A stretch of DNA of 64,000 bases from positions 1,736,192 through 1,800,191 of the forward strand of contig NZ_JBCFBO010000001.1 in assembly GCF_038562635.1 (NCBI RefSeq). Direction: 5' to 3'. Shown here piece by piece: positions 28,511 to 39,961 of the stretch. The notes below the pieces were generated by a model. It worked only from the letters and a program-made list of their open reading frames with translations. It ran no database searches and was not told the origin of the DNA. This stretch comes from Methanobacterium sp. (GTDB lineage Archaea; Methanobacteriota; Methanobacteria; Methanobacteriales; Methanobacteriaceae). Position numbers and translations under genes: made by a program. Numbering within the stretch: the first letter of the stretch is position 1; each line of letters begins with the position of its first letter.

Positions 28511-31303
28511 TTGAAAAGGCAACTATTAATTTTAATTATTTTTTCTATATTAGCCTTGATAACGTGTGAAACAGCTTCAGCATCACCCGATTTAGCGGTA
28601 ACTTCTGTAAATGTGACAAGTAATGTTTCACCAGGCAGTACAGTAACAATAAATGATACTGTGACTAATCAAGGTGATCAAGCAGCAGATGGATTCACTG
28701 TAGGCTATTACATACAGGATGAATATGCTGTAGTTAAAAAACCTGCTAGTCAGCGTAATGCATCTATTTATGGAGATAAAGTAGTCTGGTCTGATTACAG
28801 ATATGATCGGCAGGAAAGTGATCTTTACTATAAAAATATTACAGGTACAGAAGACGGAGTTATTTATACTCCAGGTGATCAACTTAATCCTGCAATTTAT
28901 GGAGATGTAATTGTATGGCAGGAAAATTTGTCCTGGTTAGGTAATTCTCATTGGCAAATTCTGGGTTATAATATTCCAGGTAGAGATGATCCAATTAATG
29001 ATAGTATATACCTATTATACAACACAACTTCTGATCAGATCAATCCATCAATATATCAGGATAAAATAGTCTGGCAGCAGCAGAGATCAGACGGAAGCTG
29101 GGACATATATTTATATGACTTCCCAATCACAGACGATATCGCGATGCCCAAAGAGAAATGGATTACGCGAATAACTAAAGACGGTGCTAATCACATTAAT
29201 CCGTATGTTAATGGAAATTACATTGTATGGCAGCAAGATAATGGAGACGGCATCTGGAATATATACACATATGATCTTTCTACAGGAGATATAAATCGAG
29301 TATGTCAATCTTCAGAAAACCAGACTAATCCTGCGCTTTATGGAGATAACGTTGTCTGGCAGCAGTATAACACAACCAGTAAAAACTGGGACATATACAT
29401 GTATGATCTTTCCGCAGATGAAGAAACCCAAATAACCCATAATACATCCAACCATATTAATCCTGCAATTTACGGGGATAAGATAGTGTGGCAGGACAAC
29501 AGGAACGGGAACTGGGACATATACATGTACGATTTAACTCTTGGAATTGAAAGGCAGTTAACTATAGACAAAGGGAACCAGATAAACCCTGCAATATATG
29601 ATAATAAAGTTGTTTGGACTGATGATAGAAACAGTAATGAAGACATCTACATGACAGATGACCTCACATTAGCACCAGAATATACTCGTTACGTTTCAGG
29701 TCTAGCAGCAGGAAAATCAGATAGTGCACTGACAAATATAACTTTACCATCGGATTTAAAAGCAAACGTCAATTATTACATACTAGTTATGGCAGATGCA
29801 GCGTACGATAACAGCGTTTCTGAATCTAACGAAAATAATAATATAAAATTCAGCGGTGCAATGATTGTACCTGATGCCGACCTCACAATGCCTTCAGTAT
29901 CTGGGCCTGCTACAGCTCAAACAGGCGGATCAATGGTAGTAGTAAATACTGTGAAAAATATAGGGACCAAAAACTCAAATCCATTCCATGTCTATTTCTA
30001 TCTCTCAAAAGACGGCACTACATTAAATACCAAGATTGGATCTAGATTTGTTTCAGGAGGTCTCAAAGCAGGTGCATCAAACACTGCATACACAAATCTT
30101 ACAATTCCATCCAATATCTTTGGAAGCTATTATATTGTAGCAGTAGTTGATCCTCTAAATAAAACATGTGAAACAAATAAATTAAACAATATTGTGGCTT
30201 CTTCAACCACTACAAATATATGTGCTCCAGATCTTGTTATTACATCAATAAGCACAGGAACAACCACATACAAAAGAGGAGACAAAATAACCATCCAAAA
30301 CACAGTAAAAAACCAGGGAAGCTCCACATCAAAAGGTTTCTATGTTAACTTCTATCTCTCAAATGACAGCACTATTACCACATCTGACACCTACCTAGGA
30401 CAAAGATACATATCAGGAGGTCTCAACGCGGGCATATCAAATACAGAATACACAAACTTTACAATCCCATATGATGCGTCTGGAAATTACTATATCGGGG
30501 CGATAGTTGACTCAACTAACACCGTATTTGAATCAGACGAATCAAACAATATAAAAGCATTCTCAACTACCATAGAGGTATGTTCACCTGATCTTGTTAT
30601 TACATCAATAAGCACCGGGACAACCACATACAAAAGAGGAGACAAAATAACCATCCAAAACACAGTGAAAAACCAGGGGAAAATTGCATCAGGAGGATTT
30701 TATGTCAATTTCTATCTCTCAAATGACAGCAACATTACCACATCTGACACCTACCTAGGACAAAGATATATATCAGGTCTCAATGCAGGTGCATCAAATA
30801 CAACAACCACAAGCTTTACAGTCCCATCCAGCCTATCTGGAAACTATTATATTGGGGCGATAGTTGACTCAACCAACGCAGTTTTTGAATCAGACGAATC
30901 AAACAATATAGCGACCTATTCAAACACTATAAATGTAGTCCTTCCTGATCTTGTAGCTTCATCAGTAAGTGCAGGATCAACTTCGTACAGAAGAGGCAGC
31001 AAAATGACTATTAAAAACACAGTGAAAAACCAGGGAAAAGTTTCATCCGGAGGATTTTATGTCAAAATTTACATCTACCGAAGCTATAAAGGCAAAATAA
31101 CTTCCATATACCTTGGTAGACGATACATTAGCTCACTTAAAGCAGGGGCATCAAATACAGCGTACACTAAATTAACTATACCTTCAACTATAGCAAAAGG
31201 ACTTTACTACTGCAAGATGGTAGTCGATACAGAAAACAAGGTATCAGAGTCCAGCAAATCAAACAATGTGATTAGCAGCGGAACATGGGTGAATATATTT
31301 TAA
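28511..31303 (+). CDS. Secreted surface protein: CARDB domain, beta-propeller repeats, then five CARDB-like repeats
   Basis: 930 aa with the signal peptide MKRQLLILIIFSILALITCETASA. About 8 blades carry NPAIYGDK(I/V)VWQ...WDIY(M/L)YDL. PDL(V/A)(I/V)TS...TV(K/T)NQG units are characteristic of CARDB. TTG start. Confidence 0.75.
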   Translation: MKRQLLILIIFSILALITCETASASPDLAVTSVNVTSNVSPGSTVTINDTVTNQGDQAADGFTVGYYIQDEYAVVKKPASQRNASIYGDKVVWSDYRYDRQESDLYYKNITGTEDGVIYTPGDQLNPAIYGDVIVWQENLSWLGNSHWQILGYNIPGRDDPINDSIYLLYNTTSDQINPSIYQDKIVWQQQRSDGSWDIYLYDFPITDDIAMPKEKWITRITKDGANHINPYVNGNYIVWQQDNGDGIWNIYTYDLSTGDINRVCQSSENQTNPALYGDNVVWQQYNTTSKNWDIYMYDLSADEETQITHNTSNHINPAIYGDKIVWQDNRNGNWDIYMYDLTLGIERQLTIDKGNQINPAIYDNKVVWTDDRNSNEDIYMTDDLTLAPEYTRYVSGLAAGKSDSALTNITLPSDLKANVNYYILVMADAAYDNSVSESNENNNIKFSGAMIVPDADLTMPSVSGPATAQTGGSMVVVNTVKNIGTKNSNPFHVYFYLSKDGTTLNTKIGSRFVSGGLKAGASNTAYTNLTIPSNIFGSYYIVAVVDPLNKTCETNKLNNIVASSTTTNICAPDLVITSISTGTTTYKRGDKITIQNTVKNQGSSTSKGFYVNFYLSNDSTITTSDTYLGQRYISGGLNAGISNTEYTNFTIPYDASGNYYIGAIVDSTNTVFESDESNNIKAFSTTIEVCSPDLVITSISTGTTTYKRGDKITIQNTVKNQGKIASGGFYVNFYLSNDSNITTSDTYLGQRYISGLNAGASNTTTTSFTVPSSLSGNYYIGAIVDSTNAVFESDESNNIATYSNTINVVLPDLVASSVSAGSTSYRRGSKMTIKNTVKNQGKVSSGGFYVKIYIYRSYKGKITSIYLGRRYISSLKAGASNTAYTKLTIPSTIAKGLYYCKMVVDTENKVSESSKSNNVISSGTWVNIF
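30228..30947 (+). repeat. Tandem 360-bp coding repeat (two CARDB units) with near-identical cores
   Basis: 30230-30318 versus 30590-30678 shows about 3 mismatches in 89 nt, and 30349-30415 versus 30709-30775 is similarly close. The offset is exactly 360 nt. Confidence 0.85.
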
Positions 31304-31311
31304 ATCAGGGA

Positions 31312-31329
31312 TCTCAAGCTAGCTTGAGA
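31312..31329 (+). terminator. Perfect 18-nt palindrome just after the surface-protein stop; possible 3'-end structure
   Basis: TCTCAAGCT|AGCTTGAGA lies 9 nt after the stop at 31303. It is followed by a second GAGGG..CCCTC stem and T-rich sequence. A role in termination is inferred only. Confidence 0.3.
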
Positions 31330-31635
31330 AGAGGGGCAAATACCTCCCTCTAAATTCTTTATTATATCCCCAATATTTTAATTTTTAAAATAACATATCT
31401 TAAAACTAAATTTAAACTTTTTTTAAAGGCAAATATAAAAAAGTAGTACATAATTACAAATAAATTTTAAGTTTAAGCTAAAAAGTTTCAGTATAATACC
31501 TATGTCTCTAGAGACATAGGTAAATTACTTAATTAATGGCCATCCACTCAATCTTCCCAAAATGAGAGTGGCAATTCATCCTTTTTTATAACTTATTAAT
31601 AAGGTTTTCGGTAAAATTATAATTTTATAATAATT

Positions 31636-31779
31636 GACGCCCCATTTGAGAGTTCAAACAAGAGGGTGAGCGGGGCGCCATAATTAGTATAGTGATATTG
31701 TATAAAAATTAGTAGGTGTAACATCCCCCCGGAGGCGATACGATCAGTATTAAAAATAGTATCGTTGTAATAGGGGATG
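31636..31779 (+). other. Two GC-rich stem-loops in an otherwise AT-rich intergenic region (candidate structured RNA)
   Basis: Hairpin 1 is CGCCCC(31638-31643)/GGGGCG(31672-31677). Hairpin 2 is CATCCCC(31722-31728)/GGGGATG(31773-31779), with an inner CGATAC/GTATCG stem. The strand and any transcription are unknown. Confidence 0.25.
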
Positions 31780-31983
31780 CACTACTAGTTAAGATTAAAG
31801 GTATTTATATCTTTTTCTATTTCGCAAAAAAATACTATTACCTCAAAAAATATGCGTTAACTTTTAAATATCTGCGAATCAGATATAGATCAAGAATAAA
31901 TTAATGAAAAAAATGTAATGAAGCACAGAAATTTTTACAAAAAAGCTGATTCTTATATTTAATTTATAAATACCCTAAGGAGA

Positions 31984-34900
31984 ATGAAAATGCCAATAAA
32001 AGAGGCCAAGAGATCATACGATACAAAGCTTATAGAAAAAGATATTCAAAAGTTTTGGAATGAAAACAGTATATATCAAAAAACAGACAAATTAAGAGAG
32101 AATAGTCCTAAATTTTCATTTTTAGACGGCCCTCCTTATTGTAGTGGTAAAATACACCTGGGAACTGCATGGAATAAAACCATAAAAGACACTTTTTTGC
32201 GCTTTAAAAGCATGTCAGGTTTCAACCTGCGGAGACAAGCTGGATGGGATACTCATGGACTTCCTATAGAACACAAAGTAGAAGGGTTACTCGGTTTAAA
32301 AAGTAAAAAGGAAATTGAAACTAAAATAGGAATTGCCAATTTTGTAGAAAAATGTAAAGAATTTGCAATCGAAAATAAAGCCCTCATGACCGATCAGTTT
32401 AAAATGCTGGGTATATGGATGGACTGGAATAATCCTTATGTTACTTTTGATACTAAATACATGGAATCCTGCTGGTGGACCCTAAAGAAAGCAAACGAAA
32501 AAGAACTTCTTATAAACGATCTCAGAGTTATAACATGGTGCCCCCGATGTGAAACAGCACTTGCACTTGCAGAAATCGATTATGAAAATAAAGAAGACCC
32601 TTCAATTTATGTTAAATTCCCATTAAAAGAGTCTGAAAACGGTAATGAATACATACTTGTATGGACAACAACACCATGGACCCTTCCTGCTAACATGGCA
32701 GTATGTGTACATCCTGATTTTGATTATGCTTATGTTAATGTTAACGGCGAAGTTTATATAATGGCAGAAGCCCTTGTTAGCTCTTTATTCGAAGATCAAG
32801 ATTATGAAATTCTTAAAACAGTGAAAGGTAGTGATCTTGAGGGCCTTGAATATCAACACCCACTTATAGATGAAATACCTGTTCAAAAAGAATTTACGCA
32901 TAAAATACTTCCAGGAGAACATGTAACTTTAACAGAAGGTACTGGTTGTGTTCATACCGCTCCAGGACATGGTCCAGACGACTTTGATATTGGTAAAAAA
33001 TACGGTTTACCAATATTCTGTCCAGTAGATGAGGCAGGACTATTTAAAAAAGAAGCTGGAAAATATGAAGGCGAATTCGTAAAAGAAGCCGATCCTTACA
33101 TCATAACTGATTTAGATGTACACGGTTTACTCTTTAAAGAAGGCATAATTGACCACAGGTACGGGTTCTGCTGGAGATGTAAAACTCCTATTATATACCT
33201 TGCAACACAGCAGTGGTTCCTTAAAGTTACAGACATTAAAGACAAAATGTTATCCGAGTTAGACCATGTTGAATGGGTTCCAGAATGGGCTGGTGAAAGC
33301 AGGTTCCGTAACTGGGTTGAAAATGCAAGAGACTGGACAATATCAAGGCAGAGATACTGGGGAATTCCAATTCCAATCTGGAGATGTGAAGACTGTGGAG
33401 AAATAACCGTTATAGGATCCATCGACGAGTTAAAAGAGAAAACAGTTAAAGGAACTCTCGAAGGAGATTTCATACACAGACCGTATGTTGATGAAATTAC
33501 AATCCAGTGTGAATGTGGGGGAGACATGAACCGTGTCCCTGACGTTTTAGACGTGTGGATAGACTCAGGAGTAGCAGGATGGGCAGCTCTGCACTATCCC
33601 GAAGAAAAAGAAATGTTTGATGAATGGTTCCCTTACGATTTCATAACAGAAGGACATGATCAAACTAGAGGATGGTTCTATTCACAATTAGGGTGCGGAG
33701 TAATATCTTTTGACAAAGCACCATATAAAAAAGTTTTAATGCACGGATTTACCCTCGATGAAGAGGGAAGAAAGATGAGTAAATCCCTCGGAAACGTAGT
33801 AGCGCCAGAAGAAGTCATTGAACAGTACGGAGCAGATATACTAAGATTTTATCTACTCTGGGGAAATAAACCATGGGAAGACCTGAAATTCACATGGGAT
33901 GAGATTAAAAACGTCCAGAAAATGTTCAATATTCTCTGGAATGTTTATGTATTTTCAACTACCTACATGGCAATAGACAATTTCAACCCAACACTGTACA
34001 CTGAAAAAGATCTTAAATTAAGAGATGAGGACAGATGGATAACTTCACGTGCTAATTCTCTTGCAAAAGAAGTAACAGAAGCTTTAGATTCATTATATCT
34101 CCATAAAGCTACAAGGGCTATAAATCATTTCATACTGGAAGATTTGAGCAGATGGTATGTTAGACTCATAAGAGGACGTACATGGGTTGAAAAAGAAGAT
34201 CCTGATAAATTAGGAGCTTACTTTACACTATATAACGCCTTAAAACTTCTAATTAAAACAATGGCCCCAATAACTCCCCACATTACCGAAGAGATTTACC
34301 AGAATCTCATAAAAGGAGTGGAAGAAGATGCTCCTGAAAGTATACATATGGAAGACTGGGAATTCAATGAAGACTTGATTGATACAGAATTAGAAGAAAA
34401 TATGGATATCGTCAGAGATATCATCGAAGCATGTGCAAGAGGAAGAGATGTTGCAAGATACAAACTTAGATGGCCCGTAAGCGAAATTGTAGTTGTTTCT
34501 GAGGACAAAAAAGTTTTAAGCGCAGTTGAATCACTTAAAGCTGTCATAATGGAACAGGCCAATACAAAAGAGATCATAGCAACAGATGAATTTGAAAACC
34601 TCAAGATAATTGCAAAACCTAATTTAAAGACCCTTGGACCAAGACTCAGAGGCGATGCACCAAAAGTAATGAAACATCTTACAGAAGCCGACGGATCAGA
34701 GATAAAAGCAGTCTTAGATGCTGAAGAAAGTTATTCTGTTGAAGTTGATGACAGAACCATAGAACTTGGTGTTGACGATATTTTATTTGAAACTGAACTT
34801 CCAGAAAATCTTGTAAGTGCAGATTTCGATTCTGGAAATGTATTCATAAACACAGAAGTCACTGAAGAAATATTATCCGAAGCAATGTCCAGAGAACTTA

Positions 34901-35130
34901 TAAGAAGAGTTCAAGACATGCGAAAAGACCTTGACTTAGATGTTGAAGCCAATATTCAGGTATTTGTAGAGTGTGATGAAGGTTTCAAAGAATTAATTAA
35001 ACCATTCTTTGACTTTATTTCCAATGAGGTACGTGCTGAACAGCTGAGTTTTGAGGCACAGGAAGGAGATTATACAAAAGAGTGGAAGATTGAGGATGAA
35101 AACCTTAAAATAACTATCAAAAAAACATAA
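31984..35130 (+). CDS. ileS: Isoleucine--tRNA ligase
   Basis: 1048 aa with the HIGH-type motif [16 protein letters not shown] and the motif [15 protein letters not shown] lies upstream. Confidence 0.95.
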   Translation: MKMPIKEAKRSYDTKLIEKDIQKFWNENSIYQKTDKLRENSPKFSFLDGPPYCSGKIHLGTAWNKTIKDTFLRFKSMSGFNLRRQAGWDTHGLPIEHKVEGLLGLKSKKEIETKIGIANFVEKCKEFAIENKALMTDQFKMLGIWMDWNNPYVTFDTKYMESCWWTLKKANEKELLINDLRVITWCPRCETALALAEIDYENKEDPSIYVKFPLKESENGNEYILVWTTTPWTLPANMAVCVHPDFDYAYVNVNGEVYIMAEALVSSLFEDQDYEILKTVKGSDLEGLEYQHPLIDEIPVQKEFTHKILPGEHVTLTEGTGCVHTAPGHGPDDFDIGKKYGLPIFCPVDEAGLFKKEAGKYEGEFVKEADPYIITDLDVHGLLFKEGIIDHRYGFCWRCKTPIIYLATQQWFLKVTDIKDKMLSELDHVEWVPEWAGESRFRNWVENARDWTISRQRYWGIPIPIWRCEDCGEITVIGSIDELKEKTVKGTLEGDFIHRPYVDEITIQCECGGDMNRVPDVLDVWIDSGVAGWAALHYPEEKEMFDEWFPYDFITEGHDQTRGWFYSQLGCGVISFDKAPYKKVLMHGFTLDEEGRKMSKSLGNVVAPEEVIEQYGADILRFYLLWGNKPWEDLKFTWDEIKNVQKMFNILWNVYVFSTTYMAIDNFNPTLYTEKDLKLRDEDRWITSRANSLAKEVTEALDSLYLHKATRAINHFILEDLSRWYVRLIRGRTWVEKEDPDKLGAYFTLYNALKLLIKTMAPITPHITEEIYQNLIKGVEEDAPESIHMEDWEFNEDLIDTELEENMDIVRDIIEACARGRDVARYKLRWPVSEIVVVSEDKKVLSAVESLKAVIMEQANTKEIIATDEFENLKIIAKPNLKTLGPRLRGDAPKVMKHLTEADGSEIKAVLDAEESYSVEVDDRTIELGVDDILFETELPENLVSADFDSGNVFINTEVTEEILSEAMSRELIRRVQDMRKDLDLDVEANIQVFVECDEGFKELIKPFFDFISNEVRAEQLSFEAQEGDYTKEWKIEDENLKITIKKT

Positions 35131-35159
35131 TAAAATATTAAAGTGTTTTTGATCAACCG

Positions 35160-35264
35160 CTCAAAAATTCGTAGAATTTTTGGCCCCCCGAAAATCCCTC
35201 AAAATTCGTAGAATTTTGGGGCATCGAAAATTTTTAATTTTCGAAAGCTATGATTTTCGAGGGC
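35160..35264. repeat. A/T-tract mini-hairpin array (about 4 hairpins)
   Basis: CAAAAATTC-gta-GAATTTTTG (35162-35182), CCCTCAAAATTC-gta-GAATTTTGGGG (35196-35221) and CGAAAATT-ttt-AATTTTCG (35225-35243). Confidence 0.9.
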
Positions 35265-35286
35265 TTTTTCCTAAAAATGTTGAAAG

Positions 35287-35338
35287 GTGGAAGATTGAGG
35301 ATGAAAACCTCAAAATAACAATTAAAAAAACACAATGA
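35287..35338 (+). repeat. Duplicate of the last 49 nt of ileS, retained as an in-frame tail
   Basis: 35082-35130 versus 35287-35335 differs at 4 of 49 positions. Three differences are synonymous third-position changes and the fourth turns the stop TAA into CAA. Copy B reads [18 protein letters not shown] possible third partial copy lies at 35345-35369. Confidence 0.8.
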
Positions 35339-35405
35339 GGTAACAAACCTCAAATAACTCTTAAAAATATACACTAATTAAATATATTAACTACAGCGTG
35401 ATATC

Positions 35406-37583
35406 ATGACCCTAACAGATTCAGAATGTAAATTTGTAAAAAAAGAACTGGGACGAGACCCCAATTCATTGGAGTATGGTATGCTTGACATAATGTTTTC
35501 AGAGCACTGCTCCTATAAAAGCAGCCGTCCTATTTTAAGATTATTCCCAAACGAAGGTAAACATGTTATCCTTGGTCCCGGAGACGATGCGGGAATTGTT
35601 GAATTGACAGATGAACTCGCACTTGTTATTGGAATGGAAAGCCACAACCATCCATCCGCAATTGAACCTTATGGTGGTGCTGGAACAGGTATTGGCGGTA
35701 TACTTAGAGATATCATTTCTATGGGTGCCAAACCGATTGCATTACTTGATTCATTAAGATTTGGACCTCTTGAAGACCAAAAATCAAGGTACATATTTGA
35801 ATATGTGGTAAAAGGAATTTCAGATTATGGAAATAGAGTAGGAGTCCCAACTGTCGGTGGAGAAATTGAATTTGATGATAATTTCAAATTTAACCCGCTT
35901 GTAAATGTTATCTGTGCAGGGCTTGTTAATAAAAGCGATATTGTATTAGGTTCTGCACCTAATGTAGGTGATATCTTTGTCCTTATGGGAGGTACCACAG
36001 GAAGAGACGGAATACATGGAGTAACATTTGCATCTGAAGAGCTTACAACTGAATCTGAACTCGAAAGCAGACCTGCAGTTCAAGTAGGAGATCCTTTCAC
36101 TAAAAAAATGGTTATGGAAGCTACATTTGAAGCACTTGATAAAATTGACGTGGTTGGACTCAAAGATTTAGGCGGCGGAGGCCTGACATGCTGTGTTTCA
36201 GAAATGGCTGCTAAAGGCGGAAATGGGGCTGAAGTAGAACTTACAACAATTCCACTTAGGGAAGAAGGAATGACACCATATGAAATAATGCTTTCGGAGT
36301 CCCAGGAAAGAATGATTTTTGTTGTAAACCCTAAAGATGTGGACGCGTTAATGGAAATATTCAATAAATACGAACTTCCAGCAGCAGTTATTGGCAAAGT
36401 TACAGATACTGGTAGCTTAGTTTTGAAAAAAGAAGGCGAAGTTATAGCAAATGTTCAAACAGAACTTCTTTCAGATCCTCCAGTTGTTAACAGGGAATCA
36501 TGTAATCCAAAAGAAAAAGGATGCGGACCATCTGAATCTGCGGAATATCAAGAAGTAGAAGATATCGATCCTCAGGAATCTCTTCTCAAACTTCTCTCCT
36601 CACAGAACATCGCAAGTAAAAGCTGGGTTTACAGGCAGTACGATCACGAAGTACAGATTAGAACTGTTATTAAACCCGGCGATGATGCAGCAGTTCTTAG
36701 AATTGATGATGAAAAGGCCATTGCACTTACCTCAGACTGTAACAGTATACACACAAAGCTCGATCCATACCATGGAGGGGCTGGAGCAATTGCAGAAGCC
36801 ATAAGAAATGTTGTTTCAATGGGTGCTGAACCAGTATGCGTTGTTGATTGCCTGAACTTTGGAAACCCTGAAAAACCAGATGTTTTCTGGCAGTTTAAAG
36901 AATGCATCAAAGGAATGTCAGACATTGCAAACAAATTTGAAACTCCAGTAATAAGCGGTAACGTTAGTTTTTACAACGAAACTGAAGGAGTAACTGTAAA
37001 TCCTTCCCCAGTTGTGGGTGTTGCAGGTCTAATGAATATAAAAGACATTAGAACTATGGATTTCAAAAATGAAGAAGATAAAATCATATTAATCGGTAAA
37101 ACTTATCCTGAGCTTGACGGTTCCCAATACCATAAAGAAATTTTTGACATTGTCCAGGGAAAATCTCCAAAGGTGAATATGGATGCTGAATTTGAATCTT
37201 CAGAGGCAGTTCTAAAAATAATTCATGAAGATGAAAATGATGCGGTAACAGCGGTTCATGATTGTTCAGCTGGAGGAATAGCCGTTGCAGTTGCTGAAAT
37301 GGCAATTTCAGGTGATCTTGGAGCAACTATAGATGTTTCAAAGGTGCCTAAAGAAGATAATATAAGTGATGCTGAAACATTATTTTCAGAGTCCAACGCA
37401 AGATTCATTGTTACAGTTAAAAGTGAATATGTGGATGAAATATTAAACAAAATAAATGCTCCTGCAGCAGTTATCGGAGAAGTTGGAGGTAAAACTTTAA
37501 CTATTGACCAGAATCTGATAAATGTAGATATTGAAAAGCTCAAAGAATCATATTATGGAGTAATAGAAAAATTCATGGCTTAA
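35406..37583 (+). CDS. purL: Phosphoribosylformylglycinamidine synthase subunit PurL
   Basis: 725 aa with [35 protein letters not shown] and ISMGAKP. Confidence 0.95.
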   Translation: MTLTDSECKFVKKELGRDPNSLEYGMLDIMFSEHCSYKSSRPILRLFPNEGKHVILGPGDDAGIVELTDELALVIGMESHNHPSAIEPYGGAGTGIGGILRDIISMGAKPIALLDSLRFGPLEDQKSRYIFEYVVKGISDYGNRVGVPTVGGEIEFDDNFKFNPLVNVICAGLVNKSDIVLGSAPNVGDIFVLMGGTTGRDGIHGVTFASEELTTESELESRPAVQVGDPFTKKMVMEATFEALDKIDVVGLKDLGGGGLTCCVSEMAAKGGNGAEVELTTIPLREEGMTPYEIMLSESQERMIFVVNPKDVDALMEIFNKYELPAAVIGKVTDTGSLVLKKEGEVIANVQTELLSDPPVVNRESCNPKEKGCGPSESAEYQEVEDIDPQESLLKLLSSQNIASKSWVYRQYDHEVQIRTVIKPGDDAAVLRIDDEKAIALTSDCNSIHTKLDPYHGGAGAIAEAIRNVVSMGAEPVCVVDCLNFGNPEKPDVFWQFKECIKGMSDIANKFETPVISGNVSFYNETEGVTVNPSPVVGVAGLMNIKDIRTMDFKNEEDKIILIGKTYPELDGSQYHKEIFDIVQGKSPKVNMDAEFESSEAVLKIIHEDENDAVTAVHDCSAGGIAVAVAEMAISGDLGATIDVSKVPKEDNISDAETLFSESNARFIVTVKSEYVDEILNKINAPAAVIGEVGGKTLTIDQNLINVDIEKLKESYYGVIEKFMA

Positions 37584-37616
37584 TTAGCATGATACAAAAT
37601 TTTACGGCCTGATGAT

Positions 37617-38177
37617 ATGGAAAAAGAGAACTTCAGACAGTTGATTCATGCATCAGGTATCTTTATTGTTTTTGTAAATATTTTTTTAAGCCCCCTCATT
37701 GCCATACTCACGTGTATAACAATTGTGCTTATTGTAGAAGCTATTTTTAGAATCGATGAAAATAGAAAAGTATTCTTCTTTTCTTTTATTTTAAGGAAAT
37801 GCAAACGGGAAAACGACGAACGAGGGTTTGTCTATTTCTTTATTGGAATTATACTGACACTTTATTTATTTAAATTTAACATAGCTATTGCCAATGCTGC
37901 AATACTAATTTTTTTACTGGGAGATTCTGCATCCACCATATTTGGAAAAAGATTTGGAAAAACACGGCTACCATTCAATGAAAGGAAAACTGTAGTGGGA
38001 ACATCTGCATTTTTTATTGTTGCATTAATCGGTGCATTAACTCAACTTCCATTGACTCCTGCATTAGTTGGAGCATTATGTGGTGCTATAACTGAAGCAT
38101 ACAGCCCTATAGATGACAATATTCCAATTCCAGTGATAGCCGGTATTGCAATGAGTTTAGTAGTATACCTTATATAG
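37617..38177 (+). CDS. CTP-dependent polyprenol/dolichol kinase or cytidylyltransferase-family membrane protein
   Basis: 186 aa with about 6 TM helices. LLGDSASTIFGKRFGKTRLPFNERKTVVGTSAFF resembles the CdsA/DolK family signature. Confidence 0.5.
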   Translation: MEKENFRQLIHASGIFIVFVNIFLSPLIAILTCITIVLIVEAIFRIDENRKVFFFSFILRKCKRENDERGFVYFFIGIILTLYLFKFNIAIANAAILIFLLGDSASTIFGKRFGKTRLPFNERKTVVGTSAFFIVALIGALTQLPLTPALVGALCGAITEAYSPIDDNIPIPVIAGIAMSLVVYLI

Positions 38178-38256
38178 TAAAGAGATGAAACAATTAATTT
38201 CAATATCAAAGTTAATCTTGACACACAATTGAAAATTAAATTAAGCCGGTGAAATA

Positions 38257-39276
38257 TTGCGTCTAAACAAGTTGAATATCATTGGAATCATTATGATTCT
38301 TTTTGCAGTCTTACTCGCGGTTACAAGTTTTCTGGACAGTACCATCCTAACACTTACGTACCATCTTATGGAAGGGTCATCTAAAGGTAAATCCCTAATT
38401 CTTTTTGCAGTTATGGGCAGTTTCCTGTTACTTTACCCTTTATTCCAATCAAATGGACTAATTGGAAAGAGAATATCATCACTAAGCCCTAGCTTAAAAA
38501 TAGATGCCCAGAAGTATCTTAAATTCACCATAATAACTATATTCTTTACATATATAGTTGGACTGCTCATTGAAGTCTGGATAAGAATAAAACTTGGCGT
38601 GTCCCTTTTCACCATGTTCGTGTCTTATACTGGAAATGAATTCAGCACAACTGCATTAACACATAGTCATGCGTTTAAATCAGTTTTAGGCTATGTAATT
38701 CACTCGATGGGAATACACGTTTCTTCAACTATAAATACTGGAGTCCCACTTGCACAGTATACTGTTCCATTCTCACTTATCATCTTAATTACATTCCCCC
38801 TGATTTATATAGCAGGAATAACTGCTTTAAGTGAAAAGAGAGACCTTTATAAAGTTTTGCTCGCATTTTTCCTGACCCTCTCCTTTATTACAATGCTTGA
38901 TGGAGGAATGCTTGATTACCCTGCATGGATTGCTCTTGCGGGTCTTCTAATAATTTATTATGTCAGCAAAAAACCTTTTTCACCGCGAGATTTGTATAAG
39001 CCGGCCCTCATAATGGCATTGATTATTATTCTCAGAGTTTCAATCAGTGTATTTGGATCTAATACTGATTTTCATGAATTAACAATTATAGACCCTGTAG
39101 ACAACATAAACCTAAATGGTTACGATGTTTTAAGTATTCAAAAAGAAGGAAATAAAACAATAGTTGAATTACCCGGAAATCTATCTGATAAACCGCTTTT
39201 ACTCAAATTGATTCCTGATTTAAAAGGTCAGTGTAGTGGGTTCGCACTTTCATGGAATTATAAAGCCTGGGTATAA
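38257..39276 (+). CDS. Hypothetical polytopic membrane protein
   Basis: 339 aa with about 8 hydrophobic helices and a C-terminal soluble domain of about 80 aa. TTG start with GGTGA upstream. I recognise no family. Confidence 0.5.
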   Translation: MRLNKLNIIGIIMILFAVLLAVTSFLDSTILTLTYHLMEGSSKGKSLILFAVMGSFLLLYPLFQSNGLIGKRISSLSPSLKIDAQKYLKFTIITIFFTYIVGLLIEVWIRIKLGVSLFTMFVSYTGNEFSTTALTHSHAFKSVLGYVIHSMGIHVSSTINTGVPLAQYTVPFSLIILITFPLIYIAGITALSEKRDLYKVLLAFFLTLSFITMLDGGMLDYPAWIALAGLLIIYYVSKKPFSPRDLYKPALIMALIIILRVSISVFGSNTDFHELTIIDPVDNINLNGYDVLSIQKEGNKTIVELPGNLSDKPLLLKLIPDLKGQCSGFALSWNYKAWV

Positions 39277-39407
39277 CTCAGCAACGCCAAAATTTTATTT
39301 TTAACCGTGAATTCCATGTCAAGCCTGTGAAAATAAGGTCTTGCATGCCGCACCTTCGTGCGGTAAAAAAAATTAATTTAGAAAACTAAAAAACAGAAGA
39401 AATAACA

Positions 39408-39752
39408 TTATTCAAGATAACTTTTGCTGATATTTTTTCCCATTTTAATCATACGTTCATTAAACTCAATGAACTTACTTAAAATTTCCTCTCGGCGCTC
39501 TAAAATTAGTCTAACCAGTTGATATTCAGTTGAAATTTTCAAATCCCTAAAAAATACAGAATTAGTATCTCTTACTACCAATATATCTCCTTCAGCCACA
39601 CGTAGCCTGTAAGAAGTATTGGCGATGATTTCTATTTCATCTCCATCTTTTGTATAACTATTTACTATTTCTGCAATTCTATTCAGTTCAGCATATATCC
39701 TGCTTTCAATTTCCAAGCGTTCCTCATGTAATTTTCTAAGATCTTCAGACAT
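39408..39752 (-). CDS. Hypothetical protein
   Basis: 114 aa, charged and probably helical at both ends. It is the last gene in the same orientation after the ABC transporter genes. I recognise no family. Confidence 0.45.
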   Translation of the reverse strand: MSEDLRKLHEERLEIESRIYAELNRIAEIVNSYTKDGDEIEIIANTSYRLRVAEGDILVVRDTNSVFFRDLKISTEYQLVRLILERREEILSKFIEFNERMIKMGKNISKSYLE

Positions 39753-39961
39753 GATACCACAAGAATAAATTTATATTAAAAATATTTAAATCTTTGTTAA
39801 ATCTTTAAGAAATAATTAGAATTAAAAGCCATACATGTTATTTATATGCTAAAACAGATTTGTTATTATATATTTTAAAATTTCATGGCGTAAATCCAAA
39901 TTTAGATTCATATAATCCGCTTAACCTACCAAAATACCAAATTTAATACATAAATAAAAAT

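Noticed and set aside
31636-31779. Classifying the GC-rich hairpins as H/ACA or C/D box sRNAs
   Set aside because: There is no RUGAUGA/CUGA box pair. Hairpin 1 is followed by ATA but lacks an upper stem and K-turn. Hairpin 2 has a pocket-like geometry but no ANA box at the right distance.
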